Positions 1-13,230 of a stretch of 64,000 nt of DNA are shown here, in pieces; position 1 is the stretch's first letter, and every line of letters begins with the position of its first letter. The stretch lies in NCBI GenBank assembly GCA_951406725.2, contig OX597814.1, positions 118,234,001-118,298,000 on the forward strand, in the 5' to 3' direction. Both the position numbers and the translations under genes were made by a program. Under the pieces are notes generated by a model. That model saw only the letters and a list, made by a program, of their open reading frames with translations, was not told the origin of the DNA and searched no databases. This DNA comes from Octopus vulgaris (taxonomy: Eukaryota).

Positions 1-127
<127 letters not shown>

Positions 128-369
128 TACTAATAACTACAAACGGAAACTAATACAAATATACCAGGAACATAATGTTATCTGTCTTAAACAAAAAGAA
201 CAAACAGACATTTGTGAGTACTGAAAATAGATAATATTAAACCACGAAACACGAAGTTGGCAATGAGTCTATATCATGCAAAATTGGCAAAGGGACTATA
301 TAATATCATAGAAAGACGATGTGAAGAAAATCCTGTTTTTGACAAATATTTGAAGAAACTGAATGAAGC

Positions 370-530
370 AAAATATGTTGATTCTATGAAGGGGAAAAAA
401 TCAATCACATAGTTTCTGATTGCCAAGATTTAGTCAAAATATAATATAATATAATAAATATTTATTATATATATAGAGAGAGGCAAAATAGAGTTTCTAT
501 AGTGGAAAATATGCCAACATTATGAAATCA
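370..530 (+). mobile_element. Highly decayed R4/Dong-type (RLE) non-LTR retrotransposon fragment, zinc-knuckle region
   Basis: Hand translation gives EKINHIVSDCQDLVK..ERQNRV..WKICQHYEI, resembling the ETIxHIVSGCxxLA..RHNxV..HWxIC region of RLE LINEs. Confidence 0.55.
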
Positions 531-635
531 CCGTTTACAACAATACACCACTGAAATACCTCAGAGAATAAATAAAAGAACAGTGCTGAACCCAGCTGTA
601 CTGTAAATACCAACGATAGATTTAAGACCATTGGG

Positions 636-743
636 TGATGATGATGACGATGATGCTTCTGCTACTACTACAACAACAACAACTACTACTACTACTACTA
701 CTACAACAACAACAACTACTGCTACTACTACTACTACTACTAT
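636..743. repeat. Compound (GAT)/(CTA)/(CAA) microsatellite
   Basis: Direct inspection. Confidence 0.9.
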
Positions 744-1149
744 CGATGTTCATTCCCGTGGATTTCGACGTATAAGTGTTTGAATTAAATAATTAGAAAA
801 CAGATTAAAAATAAAAGAAGCTTCATCAATTTGCGATGGATGCGTGAAAGTAATTTGACTCCAGGAATGAACTTTCTTATGAAGTCACAATGAGGATGCT
901 GATGAACTTGATTTTACCTGGGATTAGACAAAAGTTTCTATTGATTGCAGTATATAATTGTTTTTTTTTTCTTCGACTCAAAGTGTTTTGTGTAGCGTGT
1001 TTCTCATACTAGAGATATCCATATTAAATACATGATAAATCAAGAATTCACTACCGATCCTAAAGTAATCAATGAGACCCCTCAAATGCTTATAATCGAG
1101 GTACTTGTGGGAAATCGTTCCTTGGATGTGGTAAATACTGGTTAAAAGC

Positions 1150-2370
1150 ATTCTAGAGCTAAAGCTCCTGGATAGAAAAGCGTACAAGAATTTGGGCGGA
1201 CAACTTGTAAAAAATCTGTGCAAATTAATCTGTTTGAACTGGGAAACGGGATCTGTTTCCTATCTGTTAAAGGGTGTATGTATAACGCACAAAAACAAAG
1301 ACAAGAAAAGTCTATGTAATAAACACCGAGGAATAGGATTGTTATGCATAGCTTGAAAAATTGATTCTTGCCAGAGTGATTCTTAACCGTATCAATAAGC
1401 ATATAGTAAACAGCATATATACTGAACACCAATGTGGATTTCAAGGTGGTAGAGACAAACTTGACATGATAATTGTCCTTCGGGAATTTCAAAACAATGC
1501 ACGAGTGCTGAGCACTGAGTTGTACATGGTCTTTTTCGACTTGACCAAGGCCTTTCGTAATATGAATCGTGAGGCTCTCTGGAAATTGTTGTCAAATGAT
1601 GATTTTTCCTGATAAAACGGTAAGAGTAGTAGTATCTTTGGCCGAATAAATGATGGCATCAGTGGAATCTAACGGTCAAAGTTCAAAGGTATTTTATGTT
1701 GCCACTGGAACTAAACAAGGCTGTGTTTTAGCTCTTGTCGTTCTTGCCATATTCTTTTCCATGATGCTCTAATATGCGTTTAGGTATTACTATGAGGGTT
1801 TAAAATTTTACTTTCACAAAGAAGGAGGTCTACTAAGCCTAAATGGGAAAAGCTTCAGGTTAAATAAAAAGACCAAGGAAGAAATTTTACTCGATTTACT
1901 CTTTGCCGGTTATTGCGCTTTCATTTCTCATATATTTGAGGAAATGTATGACGTAGTTGACAGGTTTGCTCTGCAGCAGCTGAAACATTTGAACTATCAG
2001 CACAAAGACGACTGAAGGTTTATGACAACCAAAGCCTGGGACAAAACATACTCAAGATTCAAATGCGATGATTGACAATAATCTACTCGAATTGGTTAGG
2101 TGATTTAAATATGTTGGTTGCACAGTAAACTTAATGACAAAATCAGTGTTAGAATATTTAAGGCTACAAGCGCTTTTGGAAAAAATTCCTATCATTTATG
2201 GGATGAAGGCATCGTTTTGAAAATTAAAACAAGTGTATATAAATCTTTTTATTTTGAGCACACCCTTTTACAGGACAGAGCAGAGGCTACCCTCTACATA
2301 TAAAGAAGCTTGAAAGTTTTCCTGTATCGTCTGCGCAATATTTGCAACATAAAGTAACAAGATACTGAAT
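1150..2370 (+). mobile_element. Degenerate RTE-clade LINE reverse transcriptase fragment
   Basis: KAPG; KHRGIGLLCIA; ILARVILNR..QCGFQGGR..DMI..FFDLTKAF (ORF 1361-1612); TGTKQGCVLA; DLLFAGYCA (degenerate FADD); RIFKATSAFG; many stops and frameshifts. Confidence 0.85.
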
Positions 2371-2555
2371 GACTACTACTACTACTACTGCTACTACTGC
2401 TGGTGGTGCTGCTGGTGGTGCTGTTGCGCTGCTGCCACTGCTGCGATGCTGCTGCTCCGCTGCTACTGCTGCTGCTGCCACTGCTGCGATGCTGCTGCTT
2501 CGCTGCTACTGCTGCTGCTGCTGCTGATGATGATGATTTTGGTGATGATTATAAT
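2368..2555. repeat. Compound (CTA)/(CTG)/(GAT) trinucleotide repeat
   Basis: Direct inspection. Confidence 0.9.
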
Positions 2556-4099
2556 GATCCCGATGGTTGAGCCCCATGTGCTGATTACTTTCCACCATAA
2601 CAAGTAACATCTTCTAAGTGCCCTCACTATCACCAATATTCTTCCGCCTTGCACTAAGCACCACCCAGGAATATGCTGAACACTAGCAGCTATGTGTAGA
2701 ATTCACAAAATGGCGAAATGACATCGCAGACTTCAAGACAAGCCCTGACGGAGGTGACATTCAAGTTTAAATTGTTGACAAACCGTAAACTATCTACATT
2801 ATATCTATCAACTAAACTAGTGAAAACTTTACCGAGGTAGGCAAATTTCCCTCGAATCGTATAACTACCAATGAGAATATATTGGTCAATGTATTCCCTG
2901 ACATACGCCCAAAACAATGCGACGATGAGGGCCGGAGCACATTTGTTTATAGTTCTGTTTGTTGTAGACTGACCATGGTTAAACAACATCAGTGCCCATT
3001 AGATCAATGATAAAGGGGTTTCTATTTTGTTGTTTGACCTGCTAGAAACAGTAAACCAAATCTTCAAACGAATCCCTACCCCCACATTGAAACATTCGCG
3101 ACATTCGTTCCGTAACATTCGGAGAGCGGGAAGTTCTTAAACAGGCTTCCGAGGTTTTGCAAACCACTTCTTGCTTGGTTCAAGCCAATACATCATCACC
3201 ACCACACTTCTGAAATGCAATGTTAATACCCCACAAGTAATGAATATCGGGAATGTCAGAAGCGTAGAATGTTTCTAAAGAAACCTAACCCTCCCGCTAC
3301 GGTAGAGTTGGGAGTGTTCACTAGTTTGAAAACACTTCTTTTACTGTTTTGTAACCATTACGACCAACATTTTGACGATTGACAACAACTCAAAACAATT
3401 CATTTCAAATGACACACTGTCAGTCCATCACATGATCTCTTTAGAGAAGACGAGCAAGTCTCGTAGTCATGAAAGACGGGCCTGAGTGTGTCTTCCAGAA
3501 ATTGTAATTCGGTAATGACTACGATATCTATGTGAAGGGACTAAAGATGTGAGCTACAAAACTTGGTTTCAATGGACTTTAGGCCATGCAAATTTACACA
3601 ACATAGTTTTGGTGAGATTTTGGGCATCGAAGGAATTAAGCATTTACAAAGTAGAAGCAATTAAGCGACAAAAGAGCATATATTTCACGCTACTTTCTCT
3701 GAAAAAAAAAACAGCTGTCTTTATCCACGAAATAACGAAATGAAATGCTAAACATATTTGTTCGTCGAAAACACACGCTACTTATATTTGGTTAACGCTT
3801 GAATTAATTTCCCAGCGGCGACAACATGTAAAAACAGTGACAGAAAATATGTGATAACAACAACAAATAAATCTAGTTTACTTTAAGTGAAACAAATAAA
3901 TGGCCATAATACTGGAATAAAATTAAAATTTGATGCTGTGAATTTCGCAGTCTTTGTACATAAGGCAACGGGAATATAGAACATTTAAGCTAAAAGTAAC
4001 CGACGCGAATAGAGAGGTATAGAAGATGACCGTACTTAAGAAATCTAGTCAGGAAAAAGAAGAGAAGACAAAATCACATTTTTTCGGATGGAATATATG

Positions 4100-4302
4100 T
4101 TTATTTCTTTATTGCTCACAGGGAGCTAAACATTGAGGGGACAAAGAGGGAGAGACAAAGGGATTAAGTCGATTACATCGACGCCAGTGCGTAACTGGTT
4201 CTTATTTAATCGACCGCGAAAGAATGACAGGCAAAGTCGACCTCGGCGCAATTTGAACTAAGAACCTAACGCTGGACGAAATACCGTTAAGCATTTCGCA
4301 CG
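4100..4302 (-). mobile_element. tRNA-derived SINE with Nin/Deu-like central domain, 5' truncated
   Basis: Minus strand reads ..GTTCAAATTGCGCCGAGGTCGACTTTGCCTGTCATTCTTTCGCGGTCGATTAAATAAGAACCAG..: B-box-like motif followed by Nin-domain-like sequence. Confidence 0.8.
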
Positions 4303-4305
4303 TTG

Positions 4306-4635
<330 letters not shown>

Positions 4636-6116
4636 TGCATCATATGTGTACTATACTTTACAGCAGCTCGTTTCCTAACATTCGATTAAGACAAACCTAT
4701 GTAATATGTACAACGAAAATAATTATAATCTAAAATAAAATCTGGATCCCCACAGATTAAGCAACTGAAGAACATAAACGTCGAAAGCAGAAATAAATGA
4801 AACACCGAAATAAGCAACATAGAAAACTAGTGAAGATGCAAGTAAGAAAAGAAAACAATGAAATTAGATATAATATTTGTGATATAGAAGAATCTAAGCA
4901 GAATCGAATAATGTGTGAAATCAACGTACATTGAAAGTGGAATTAAAGGAAAAATAAATCTCAAGAGTTAATTTAATTAACAACGAAAAACGTCAAAACA
5001 GAGATAAATACTAACAAATATGAAATAAAAGACAGACGTACTCAAAATTATCTAAATACCAAATCGCAAACCGACAACGATTTATTACCTTCCTCATTCG
5101 TGCAAGACACAAAATAATTCATATTGAGGGCGGTGATTATTAATCTTCTTTAGTATAGACAATGGGCGGAGCGCTGTATTATCTGTTATTGAACAACGGG
5201 AAAGGTGTCTGGAATGAAATAATAACCGAAGAAGGGAAGAGACAATGTTAAAGAAAGTGATCGGTATTTTCAAGTGATACTTACAAAGTATGTTCATAAA
5301 TATTCACAGTTCTGTCGAAAGAACCGGAAAAGAAATTTAAATAATTCACGGAAATAAAAGACATAAAATATAGTGAAAGCTGATATGTAAAATGAACGAG
5401 AAGTTTGATTCTAATATTTGATTACTAAATGTAGGGCTAATGTGTAAGAAGATGGAACAATTTACAAGTTGAGTAAGACGTACTGATTAACTGAGAGCAA
5501 AATAATATTATTCGAGTGAAGAATCGTTAACAGTCAAATATCAAGTGTTTATCAAAGTAGAATGAAATAGTACCATGATATATGCGAGACAACACACACA
5601 CACATACATATATAAACAACAAATGGAAAAAAACAAAACAATAAATTCAATTCAATTTAAATATTTTATACAAACATTTGACACATTTCATAAGTTACAG
5701 CTGTTTCTGCTTCATTAATAACAGGAAGGTTTTCAAGAATAATCAAATCTGTTTCAATATGTAATGATGCTGCATAAGATTGACATACCTTCTTAAATAT
5801 TTGACGACAAATATCAAATGAAAACATTTAAATTTCTAAATCTTTACAAAGACCCTCTATAAGCTTAATCATAAATAACCAAATAATCTAAGAGAAATTT
5901 AATTCTATAACTATTCCGTTCTGTAACTGATTTAGTTGCTTAATACAGACTTTTATGTACACAAATATTTATATATGCTTATATATTCACACACACACAT
6001 ATACCTATCATTTATGTATGCATACATACACACACGTGCGTATGCACAAATGAATATAGACATACACAAGTTTAGTTTTTCATATATATATATATATATG
6101 CATGTATCTATATCTA

Positions 6117-6170
<54 letters not shown>

Positions 6171-6804
6171 TATATCTATATTTTTACAAGTTACATACAT
6201 ATACAATTCATACACTCACGTATCTATTTATATTAGAATATCATTTTATATATATTAATTCAAAACTAAATAGTTTTAATTTCACTATTAGAATGCAGGG
6301 AAGATAAGTATTCTTTCGTTTATAGAAACAAATCAAAAACCAAAATCAATTGGATAAGGTTAACGAAAAATATATTCATACAACAAAAACAAAATGTCCC
6401 ACATACTAACAACGAGCCAAAGCAACAAATTAAATAAGATAAATACGCTATATCTACATATAAACCCCATTATTTCTTTACTCACATATATTTATCGATA
6501 CTTATAAAAGAAAACGAAAAACTAAACCAAGTCTAAACGGACATAGTAAAATAAATTGTATGTACAGATAAAAAACACAACAATACCAATATAAAATGAT
6601 CTATTATTTTATTTTCCATCCAGCCCTCACGCTTACATATATACACACATACACACACATATATATATATATGCACCAAATCAAATATATATATATATAT
6701 ATCAAACACTACACATATATACATATATAAATATACATATATACTTATATACAAATTTACATATTGTGATATATCCTCATATATAGCACATTATTCATTC
6801 ACAC

Positions 6805-6850
<46 letters not shown>

Positions 6851-6946
6851 ATACATCCATACACATACATTTATACATGCATGCATATAGACACACATAT
6901 ACATACTCATACAGAGCTATACATTCACACAGCTACGCATATGTAT

Positions 6947-7000
<54 letters not shown>

Positions 7001-7002
<2 letters not shown>

Positions 7003-7560
7003 CTTATAAACAAGGACACGAGAAAAAAATTATAATGCCAAATATGCCGAAACTAGACACATTGTCCATAACCATATAATTTATCACAGCAAGCATGTTA
7101 CTCGAAGAAAGTCGACAGACATTTCTAAAAAATTCCTTTGTTACCATATCGGACCCGATTTCAGAGTTAGATCATAAGAACCTTCCCTTCGTCAGTGACA
7201 AATGCGGCAAATAAATAAATTAAATACTTACTTATACCCATGGAACAAGCAAACTCTAAGTCATGAGCACAATAAAGTATCCCAAATATATCCAAAATAG
7301 AAATTATCTAGCTTATTTGAGACACGTGCGATCCGAACTGAAACTCTCACAGAGTGAGAGAGTCCAGAAGTGAACACTATTAAGTTACATCTAATATAGG
7401 ATAACATTTTTCGAAAAAAACAAGGTGTCTAGTTCCGGCATATATGGCATTAGATATTTTTTCTCTTGTCCTTGTTTATAAATTTAGCCTTTAAAGGTGT
7501 TTTTTGATATGCTGGCCATTGATAAAATGTTTTTCGAAAAAATTTTATCCTATATTGTAT
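7001..7560. mobile_element. TA-embedded inverted-repeat element (PLE pseudo-LTR/retrozyme-like)
   Basis: Inverted arms 7004-7060/7425-7481 and 7393-7422/7528-7556; flanked by (TA)n; contains an HHR. Confidence 0.65.
7141..7201 (-). ncRNA. Type I hammerhead ribozyme
   Basis: Minus: TTGTCA-CTGACGA-AGGG..CTCT-GAAA-TCG GGTC CGA-TA-TGGTAA; intact core, stems I/II/III pair (with G.U), AUA cleavage triplet. Confidence 0.75.
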
Positions 7561-7570
7561 ATATATATAT

Positions 7571-7774
7571 TACGGAGATGTACACGCATAGCAAGTAATT
7601 TGATCTGAGATCGTGTGCTGAAACGAAAACAATTGCAGCGTGGAAGGTGTTTATAAGCCATTTAAGAAACACACAAAAGCCGTTCGATTCACTTCAACAT
7701 TTAAGTTTAATTTGTCAAAATATTTTCGTCGCTAAAATCCGCGACCTGTTCACTGACAGAGTCCGTGCTGCATC

Positions 7775-7775
<1 letters not shown>
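7571..7775. mobile_element. TA-embedded short repeat family copy (same family as 56197-56451)
   Basis: Clear similarity to 56197-56451; both start TACGGAGATGTAC after a TA run. Confidence 0.75.
7713..7758 (-). ncRNA. Hammerhead ribozyme variant with G3-C8 core swap
   Basis: Minus: TGTCA-GTGAACA-G-GTCGC ggatttta GCGAC-GAA-AATATT-T-TGACA. Confidence 0.6.
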
Positions 7776-7824
<49 letters not shown>

Positions 7825-7879
7825 ATAAAAAGGGTAAGACAACAAAAGAAAGAGAACTCGATATTATGTAAATAGAGGA

Positions 7880-8095
7880 ATTTATCTGTTAACGTGTAAT
7901 ATGTGACAATTACTCGGTAGCCATGATAAAACTCCGAGTTTCGGATGCCGAGGTGGAAATTCACGCCGGCATGTCTCCAGTTATACGATTGCCGGCTAAC
8001 TGAAGAGATGGCTGCGTGGATTTCCACCTCGGCATCCCAAACTCGGAGTTTTATCATGGCTATCAAATAGTAGTCACATATTACATTTACAGATA
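7880..8095. repeat. ~100-bp-arm hairpin formed by two inverted, degenerate HHR motifs (7926-7984 minus; 7995-8055 plus)
   Basis: Arms are near reverse complements; plus arm CTGAAGA-GATG..CATC-C-CAAA-CTCGGAG-TT-TTATC; minus arm CTGGAGA..CATCC-GAAA-CTCGGAG-TT-TTAT. Confidence 0.7.
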
Positions 8096-8144
8096 CATAT
8101 ATATATTCAGACTTTTTCAACTGTAACAATTAAATAATTAAATT

Positions 8145-8385
8145 TAGAAAATTTCTGTTTTGGGGAATTTTTATCTGGGATCTGTGCAGGGCCATTCTTT
8201 TACGTAGACTATGTTTTGTTTGGCCTTTGTATTGCTCTTGACATCCAAAGCAGGTTTGTGTGTATATCAGGTTCTCCGAAGCACATGGGAAGTTGCTTTT
8301 CACTGTGAAACGTTGTCCCTGTTTGTAGGAGAACTCTGATCCCTCAATTAGATAATCTCATATCCCCACAATTGGGTCTTTCATA
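8145..8385 (-). mobile_element. Penelope-like element GIY-YIG endonuclease fragment
   Basis: Minus translation RPNCGI*DYLIEGSEFSYKQGQRFTVKSNFPCASENLIYTQTCFGCQEQYKGQTKHSLRKRMALHRSQIK (NLIY..C..C..YxGQT..L.KR..H). Confidence 0.85.
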
Positions 8386-8414
8386 TAAAAAGCAAGAGAC
8401 GGCCCAAATTTATG

Positions 8415-8707
8415 AAAAGTCTCCTAACACAAGACCAAATACACTCAACAACACAGAAGCCGTCATTAAAAAAATGTGGAAGACCCAATTGTGGAATATG
8501 CGATTATCTGAAATAGCATTCAGCCAACACATAGACATTTGCGCCAACAACAAAAATCCAAGCTTCGGAATTTTTCCCCTCTACCAATTCAGGGACGATA
8601 CAACCTGGAGCCAACGAATTAGTAAAGAAACTCTTTTTATTACAAAATACAGGCCCCTTCTGAACGCGTCTACGATAAACGACATATCCACCTCAGCCTT
8701 AGAATAA
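8415..8707 (+). mobile_element. Penelope-like element Cys-rich linker and endonuclease C-terminus
   Basis: KSLLTQ..KKCGRPNCGICDYL, then SQHIDICAN..FGIFPLYQF..RISKETLFITKYRPLLN (PLE EN end, E..I..P.LN). Confidence 0.8.
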
Positions 8708-8850
8708 CACAAATACACACGCAAATATTAAAATTGATACACTCAAGAGATTTCCAACAATTCATTAAAAAACAGTGCCAATCACTGCTATAATCCATTA
8801 GGTGCCAATTTTAAGTCATTTAACACCTTTCTACATTCATTCTTATTCTC

Positions 8851-8851
<1 letters not shown>

Positions 8852-8881
<30 letters not shown>

Positions 8882-9024
8882 CTTCTTCTTCTTCTTCTTC
8901 TTCTTTTTCTTTATCTTCTTCTTCTTCTTCTTCTTCTTCTTCTTCGTTTTCTTTATCTTCTTCTTCTTCTTCTTCTTCTTCTTCTTCTTCTTCTTCTTCT
9001 TCTTCTTCTTCTTCTTCTTCTTCT
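8852..9024. repeat. (TTC)n microsatellite
   Basis: Direct inspection. Confidence 0.97.
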
Positions 9025-12000
9025 CACTTCTCCTTCCTAACTTTATCACTAATGCTTTTTAGAATAACACCTACGCAAATTCTATAAACAAAATATTCTA
9101 AAGAAATATTTTCATGAATTGAACATGGACAGCTACCATCCACTGGCCATTCAAAATACTACTATCATGGCACTCACAAATTTTTCTCTTCTTCCTCTGC
9201 TCTCCCTTCTCCTCCTCCTCCTTCTCCTTTTTCTTCTTCTTCTTCCCTACCAAGAATTCACAAGGACCTCGAAACCACAAGAGTAAACAAGAGGGACAGC
9301 GACATGCAGAAACAAGGAAAATGCCACTTGTATTTGAAATCTATACAAATATTCTTTTAAAAAAACTTTTCTTTTAATTTTTCTCAATTTAATTATTTCA
9401 TTGTTAAATATAAGTAAACTAGTGCTGTATTGCGTGAAGGGATGTGTGTAGCATGTATTTATATGTGTGTGTGTGTTTGTGTGGCAATATAGTGTGCGTG
9501 TGTATTGTATGTGCTTATACAGAAGATCAGGATGTACAAATTATACTCAGAATAACTAGAAGTTATTTTATTCTGATATACACTTGAAGGGGATAAGAGG
9601 TATCCAGCGCACGTTATATGTGAGTTCAAACTGCGCTGTTCAAAACGTAGATGGAATTTATTGACTAAATTGTATAAAAGCAATTCATAAGCGATTACTT
9701 GTGGTTGCAGAGGGAAGTTATCTCTGTGATATGTTAGTAGAAGTCGAAAAATAGGGTCATGTTTGGTTGTTAGAGCATGAATTATATAAAGAATGAAATT
9801 TTATTAGACTGATTCTTCTTGTTGCTTAAAGAAACACATGCCCTAATTGAGCGAACCTCTCCTCATATGCATTCGATAAAAAACCAACCTGTATTTATCT
9901 ACATAAAACTTAGAAATATATCATACATGCAATGTAATCGTTTAGTAAGCACAAATTTGGTAAATTTGATAGACACCTCATCGTTACCTCGACCACAGTA
10001 AAGACTTTGAGAGCACTTTCTCATTTCCGTTTGAAGCTATTGCATGTAAAACGAAATGTTTCCTTAGCTTTTGGGGAGTGTTTATATAAAGGAAGTTTAA
10101 ATAGAGGAAGTGACAATGAATTGTCATGTGTAAAGTTTGCATAATTTTATTGGAAATTTTCCAACGGCCGGCTCTTACCATAGCTGGTCCTATCAAGCTA
10201 TTTGCTTGAGGACCAGATTCGATCAAACACTCCGCCGATAGCGTCTTCTTGAAAAACAGCCACCCGTCTTGATCACATTTTACAATAAATCTTCATGACG
10301 AATGCTAAAATAATCCAAATAAAGATTATTTAAATACGGACTCATAATGTTATGTGAAATATACTATATCTAATCTTTTATGACTTCAACGTTTTTGATA
10401 AAATGTGTAAACAATCCAGGATTACTTAGAGCTGAAACTAATAATATGCGCAAATCAAAAGCAACGTGCTGGACACAAATATTAGTTATTCTATAGCAGC
10501 TAGCCACTTCATTCATCACTCATTTCGCCTACAATATATGGCTTGTAATAAAAAATATGACAGCTTTCACAATATTTCTTACTGCATGTGATAGAATATT
10601 GTAATGTTTAAAATATAATTAAGAATAAATGAAGAAGTCCCATTGTTTCACCTGCCTGGAAATGTTCTCCATATTTTAACTTTATTTTTGTATTTATGCA
10701 AAAAGGGTGAAAATTATTCTAAACAGACTATTATTTGTTGCATTTACTCTATATTATTCCGCACGGAAACTGGACATCAAGATACGAGAAACAACTATAA
10801 AGAGCTAATTGGTCGATTTATCAAAAGAAGCGTCCTAACACAGAAAGCCAATCGAGAGAAAGAAAATATAAACATCAAAGGAAAGTGTCAGAAACCGCTG
10901 AAGCGTTCATCGAACAGAACATTCTTAATATGGCAATTCTGCAATTCTTGAGAAAAACCCGTCATAAAAGAAAAGTCGATTAGATTTCTTTGGATTAATA
11001 AGAGCATACAGTATAGTGACTAGCAAATAAAATAACAATGTAAAGCGAAACAAAACGCAGTGATAAGAAAAGCGATACCCGCTTTTGCTTACGGTTTTAT
11101 TGTGTCTACACAATTTCGTCTGATGTCTTGATGTTTGTTATTGTAACCATTTCTATATTTAGAAGTATATTATTTGAATAAACCGAGCTTAATGCTAAAT
11201 TAATTTATAGTAATCATTACCCAGGCGTAAGAAGCAAATATTGCAAAAAACGATCATAAAAGACTATCAAATTCACTCATATGAGAAGATAATTTACAAG
11301 ATTTACTTTGAAAAGAACATGAAACAGCATAGTAATAATACCAGAGTAGAATGTGCATAGAAATCTATTAGCATTAATACAAATAAACAATGGTATTAAT
11401 ACTAGTGGAGCTAGGAATACACTATCCTAGATAGCTAAACATACGTAAATCGTGGAAAAAGAAGCAGCTTAATATAACCAAACTGGACTGGAATACTATA
11501 TATTAAGCACAATATTCATTATGGACTGAACAAGGTCAAATTTGATAAAAACTTGGTTGAGACTTTCGTCACCTTATGTAACTGGTATTTAAAAAAACCC
11601 GGAAATATTCAAATGCAATGAGAATATATTAAGACTGTTGGTTCCCTTTTATTCACTGACGTTTAGGGCAATTGTTATATATGGGACTTGTGAGGTAACA
11701 ATGATTTGAAGCTGTTATTCGTGGTACCGCGGTAACAAAATCGAATCGCTTCAAACGGGAATATAACATCTTGAATTTAAATAGAAATGAAAAAAATAAA
11801 ACAATAATTATTTACTGGAAATATGGGAATATATCCACATCTGTTTGAAGTCGACTCACATCGAATAATAATATAAAATGTTGTATTGAAAAATAAATGA
11901 AACAAAAACAAGAATTATTTGTTGGAAATATGAGAATGTATCCACATGTTTTTGAACAGAAATATTATAGAGAAATATACCCTCTTTAAGCAACTCCTCA

Positions 12001-12375
12001 ACAATATCATTAAGCATAACTACATACACTGAATAGATATAACACAATTTATGAACAAGCGACCGATAAATTAACACACCTGAATGATATGAAATATGAA
12101 ATGAGATCATACGCAATATACAATTGGATAAGTTCTAGAAATTGTTATGTATCGTTGGGAATATAATTCTATTTTTCTCTTAGTTTTGGACAGAACTGAA
12201 GGAACTGTGGCAAATGTATAATTTCACATCCAAATAACAGCTGCGGCGAAAATACACATTAATGTCAGTGTATTCATTTGCATTAAGAAAAATTACAGAC
12301 ATAATCCTGAAGATGTACTCAGACAAAGACATTTCCTAGACAAGAATCCATATATGAATAATATGTATCTATATA

Positions 12376-12421
<46 letters not shown>

Positions 12422-12453
12422 TATATTTATATATATGTATGCATGCATGCATA

Positions 12454-12515
<62 letters not shown>

Positions 12516-12633
12516 AATCAAGGAACGGCCATAATAGGCCATTCACCCACTAGAAATAACAGCCAAAGCTTTAACCGCAAAATAACATTAATTCCGTAAA
12601 CCAGGAGAAAATTTAAAAAACATTTACCCTGTA

Positions 12634-12740
12634 ATTTCTTATACGATGCACCGTTTCATCTACTGTTTAATGGTAAACTAACCTGATTAAATTAAATCAA
12701 GCCAATCTTCCATAGGCCCTTAGATTCCTCAGTAAGAAAT
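12634..12740 (-). ncRNA. Type I hammerhead ribozyme (array copy 1, intact)
   Basis: ATTTCTTA-CTGAGGA-ATCTA..TAGAT-GAAA-CGGTGCATCG-TA-TAAGAAAT on minus. Confidence 0.85.
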
Positions 12741-13123
12741 AGTCAGAACGGAACAGATATTTTCACGAGGCATTTCCGTCCCTGCCTCGGCAATATGTGA
12801 CCTAAAATTTTCAAATCATCGCACTCGCGCCAAATTTATCGGCAGCAAATAAATATAAGCCGCCGATTCCATTACGGAATCAACCAGAAAATTCATAATT
12901 AATCAATATAGGGTGGCAAAAAAGATTTTGTAGAATTTTTTTGCCACCAGCGGCCTAGTGGGAAAAAATTAAATAGTCATAGACCATTTATAGGTTCAAC
13001 ATCACAATCAAGGAACGGCCATAATAGGCCATTCACCCACTAGAAATAACAGCCAAAGCTTTAACCGCAAAATAACATTAATTCCGTAAACCAGGAGAAA
13101 ATTAAAAAAACATTTACCCTGTA

Positions 13124-13230
13124 ATTTCTTATACGATGCACCCTTTCATCTACTGTTTAATGGTAAACTAACCTGATTAAATTAAATCAAGCCAATCTTC
13201 CATAGGCCCTTAGATTCCTCAGTAAGAAAT
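13124..13230 (-). ncRNA. Type I hammerhead ribozyme (array copy 2, stem III mismatch)
   Basis: Same motif, but C at 13143 gives GAAAGGG and breaks a stem III pair. Confidence 0.7.

Noticed and set aside
3250-3700. Possible hAT transposase C-terminal relic on minus (FKLV..TPNSTVA..GF)
   Set aside because: Needs several frameshifts; too weak to call by eye
4650-5600. A-rich segment resembling a decayed LINE ORF1
   Set aside because: No diagnostic motif could be confirmed
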